Shown one piece after another: positions 61,689-64,000 of a stretch of 64,000 bases of DNA; within the stretch, counting starts at the first letter, position 1, and every line of letters begins with the position of its first letter. This stretch comes from Ylistrum balloti (taxonomy: Eukaryota). Below the pieces are notes generated by a model. That model was not told where the DNA came from, ran no database searches, and saw nothing but the letters and a program-made list of their open reading frames with translations. A program made the translations under genes and the position numbers. The DNA lies in the NCBI RefSeq assembly GCF_031769215.1, contig NW_026782148.1, positions 310,001-374,000 on the forward strand, written 5' to 3'.

Positions 61689-62401
61689 TCAATATGATGC
61701 TATTTCCTCTCTAAATGTCTGGGTTTTTCTGCCAACAGCCAACTGGATAATTTCAACATCATTTGTCACCTGCAAGGACTTCATCGTTTATACAATGTTA
61801 TGAATAATTTCTCTCTGCATCGATCTCTTTTTAACACAAACCATCACTGTTTCCGCTTTTAGACCAAGATAATAAGGAGGATGGTTACCAATGTGTTACC
61901 ATACTAACTTAGTTGTGGAAATGCGTGAAAAAATTTAAAAGTTGGCTGGCTGTCATTATGTTTTCTTTTTGTTTTTTGAAAGGTTAGTAAAGTGGGGTTG
62001 AACCATTTGTTTTGTAAGCACCATGTATAAAGTACTGATGCTTCTTCAAACGAGTTTTTGTGATCCCAAGTTTAAGAGATATCCGAAAAAGTACACGGGA
62101 ATAGGTGGTCAGGATGGGCATTTTCTTCATCTGCACTATTTGCTAGGAGAATTCGAGAGAAATTTGAGTAATGTGAAGTTCTCAAAAAGGGAATGATTTC
62201 ATAAAGAATTAGATTATCCACATCATACATATTCGGGATAACGTGTTTCTATTGGTGACGCTTAAAGTTAACAAATACTGTTCATACAGTATCGTTGATT
62301 TGTCGATATGCCTGGAAATAGAAAGATGAGTTCCCACCATACCTGATAACACATATAGAAACAAAAGCAAGCTGTTCCAGAGCCCACCTTTTCACCGGAC
62401 T
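61689..62401 (-). CDS. Possible 3' exons of an unidentified gene
   Basis: Phase-compatible AG/GT-bounded segments: 62401-62343 (SGEKVGSGTACFCFYMCYQ), 62142-62095 (QIVQMKKMPILTTYSR; weak GTACTT donor), 61769-61689 (VTNDVEIIQLAVGRKTQTFREEIASY*). AATAAA lies at 61401-61406 on -. No family recognised. Confidence 0.35.
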
Positions 62402-63239
62402 CTACAAAGGGACATCACAGAGAACGGAGACTTTCCTTCCACAGTGCCTGTCTTATAATCTGGTTTAAGATTTATTGAAAAGGGTTTGGAAATAAGAGAA
62501 CGCTGCTGCTAAATACTAGTTTAAGAATATCCGAGGATTTTGGAAAACCACTGCAAGTGAAGTAATGATACTTATAAAAGATTACTAAAATATTGTAACG
62601 AGAAAATTGAAAAAAATTACGTAGTTTGCTCTGGTTCTAATTCAATGTTACTTTTCTGTGTGATGTGTTACGGTGCTTGTAGAGAAAACCGTGACTTTTA
62701 TTAATTACTACATTTTTGGCTTGCAGTTTTCGCACCATTTTAAAGATATTGGGCCTAATATTTTGAATACGCTTTGAAAATGAATTATTTTCAATGATTA
62801 TATATTTTCCCTCTTTTTTCGTCGGTTTCGGATCCAATTTGTATTTTGAAGTCCACATGTTGTCAGTTAAATTCATTACAAGGTCAATTTAAGAATATTT
62901 CGAAGTCATTACTGGAACAAGCAGATGGAGGTTTTGTTTTTCACACTTTCGTATCTTTTATTGCCGTCGTTATTTCTCCTGCCCCAATTTCACATGAGAC
63001 TTGAAAATCGAAACAAAAGTCGTAAAACAGCGCAAGTGATAAAATAAATGTTGCCCGCTATGACAGATTACTTTTAAAATAGGGGTTTTGTTGCCGTGAC
63101 CTGAAGTTATGTTCCCTTTGGAGATAAGGTGATATAATACCGCCTGACCTGACAATGATATGCCAAAAAAGACCGGTTTGGTGTTATACTTATTTTTGAG
63201 GAAATGAAAGATATATATATATATATACGATACTGTAAA

Positions 63240-63938
63240 CCATTACATATTACAATGGAACATTACACTTAAGTAAGATATTACTATATACCATTACACT
63301 TAAGTAAGATATTACTACAGACCATTACACTTAAGTTAGATATTACTGTGGACCATTACACTTAAGTAAGATATTACTGTGGACCATTACACTTAAGTTA
63401 GATACTGACACAGACCATTACACTTAAGTTAGATATTACTATATACCATTACACTTAAGTAAGATATTATTAGAGACCATTACACTTAAGTTAGATATTA
63501 CTGTGGACCATTACACTTAAGTTAGATATTCCTATGGAGCATTACACTTAAGTAAGATATTACTGTGGACCATTACACTTAAGTTAGATATTCCTATGGA
63601 GCATTACACTTAAGTAAGATATTACTGTGGACCATTACACTTAAGTTAGATATTCCTATGGAGCATTACACTTAAGTAAGATATTACTGTGGACCATTAC
63701 ACTTAAGTTAGATATTCCTATGGACCATTACACTTAAGTTAGATATTGACACAGACCATTTCACTTAAGTTAAACATTCATATGGACCATTACACTTAAG
63801 TTAGATATTCCTATGGACAATTACACTTAAGTTAGATATTACCACAGACCATTACACTTAAGTTAGATATTGACACAGACCATTTCACTTAAGTTAGACA
63901 TTACTATGGACCATCACACTTAAGTTAGATATTACTAT
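63240..63938. repeat. 31-bp minisatellite, about 22 copies
   Basis: Unit ACCATTACACTTAAGTTAGATATTACTGTGG with a variable final 6-7 nt. Confidence 0.95.
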
Positions 63939-64000
63939 AGACGGTCAAAATCACAAGTGAGATATATTTCAATACACGTATGTTAGTATATGTATCGTGA

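Noticed and set aside
1021-63938. CRISPR-array interpretation of the regular repeats
   Set aside because: Units are head-to-tail with no unique spacers, there are no cas genes, and the context is spliceosomal eukaryotic DNA.

Overview
AT-rich, intron-rich animal DNA; the repeat families and gene content suggest a bivalve mollusc (inference). There are two assembly N-gaps. I built four spliced gene models by hand from GT-AG boundaries and phase continuity. (1) The 3' part of a centriolin-like (CNTRL) coiled-coil gene, + strand, 392-17342. (2) A complete flavin-containing monooxygenase, - strand, 24488-28524. (3) A two-exon glutaredoxin-like gene with an atypical SPEC active site, - strand, 32243-33431. 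(4) An EGFL7/8-like EMI-EGF-cbEGF-coiled-coil gene, - strand, 39936-50480, whose signal-peptide exon is unresolved. A fifth, unidentified minus-strand gene may end at about 61.7-62.4 kb. About 10 kb of the window is minisatellite (units of 27-56 bp), and most long ORFs in the supplied track are translations of these arrays. Mobile DNA includes a decayed Penelope-like RT, a 5'-truncated CR1-type LINE, a second LINE remnant, a full-length dead mariner with TIRs, an LTR/tRNA-His PBS remnant, and HINE/MITE-like pieces. The most striking observation is a ladder of 24 in-frame 5' splice sites, made by 30-bp tandem amplification of a centriolin exon/intron junction. A related amplification copies the FMO membrane-anchor/stop region, and a third may copy the EGFL7-like signal-exon acceptor. 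All protein-family assignments come from recalled motifs, not database searches.
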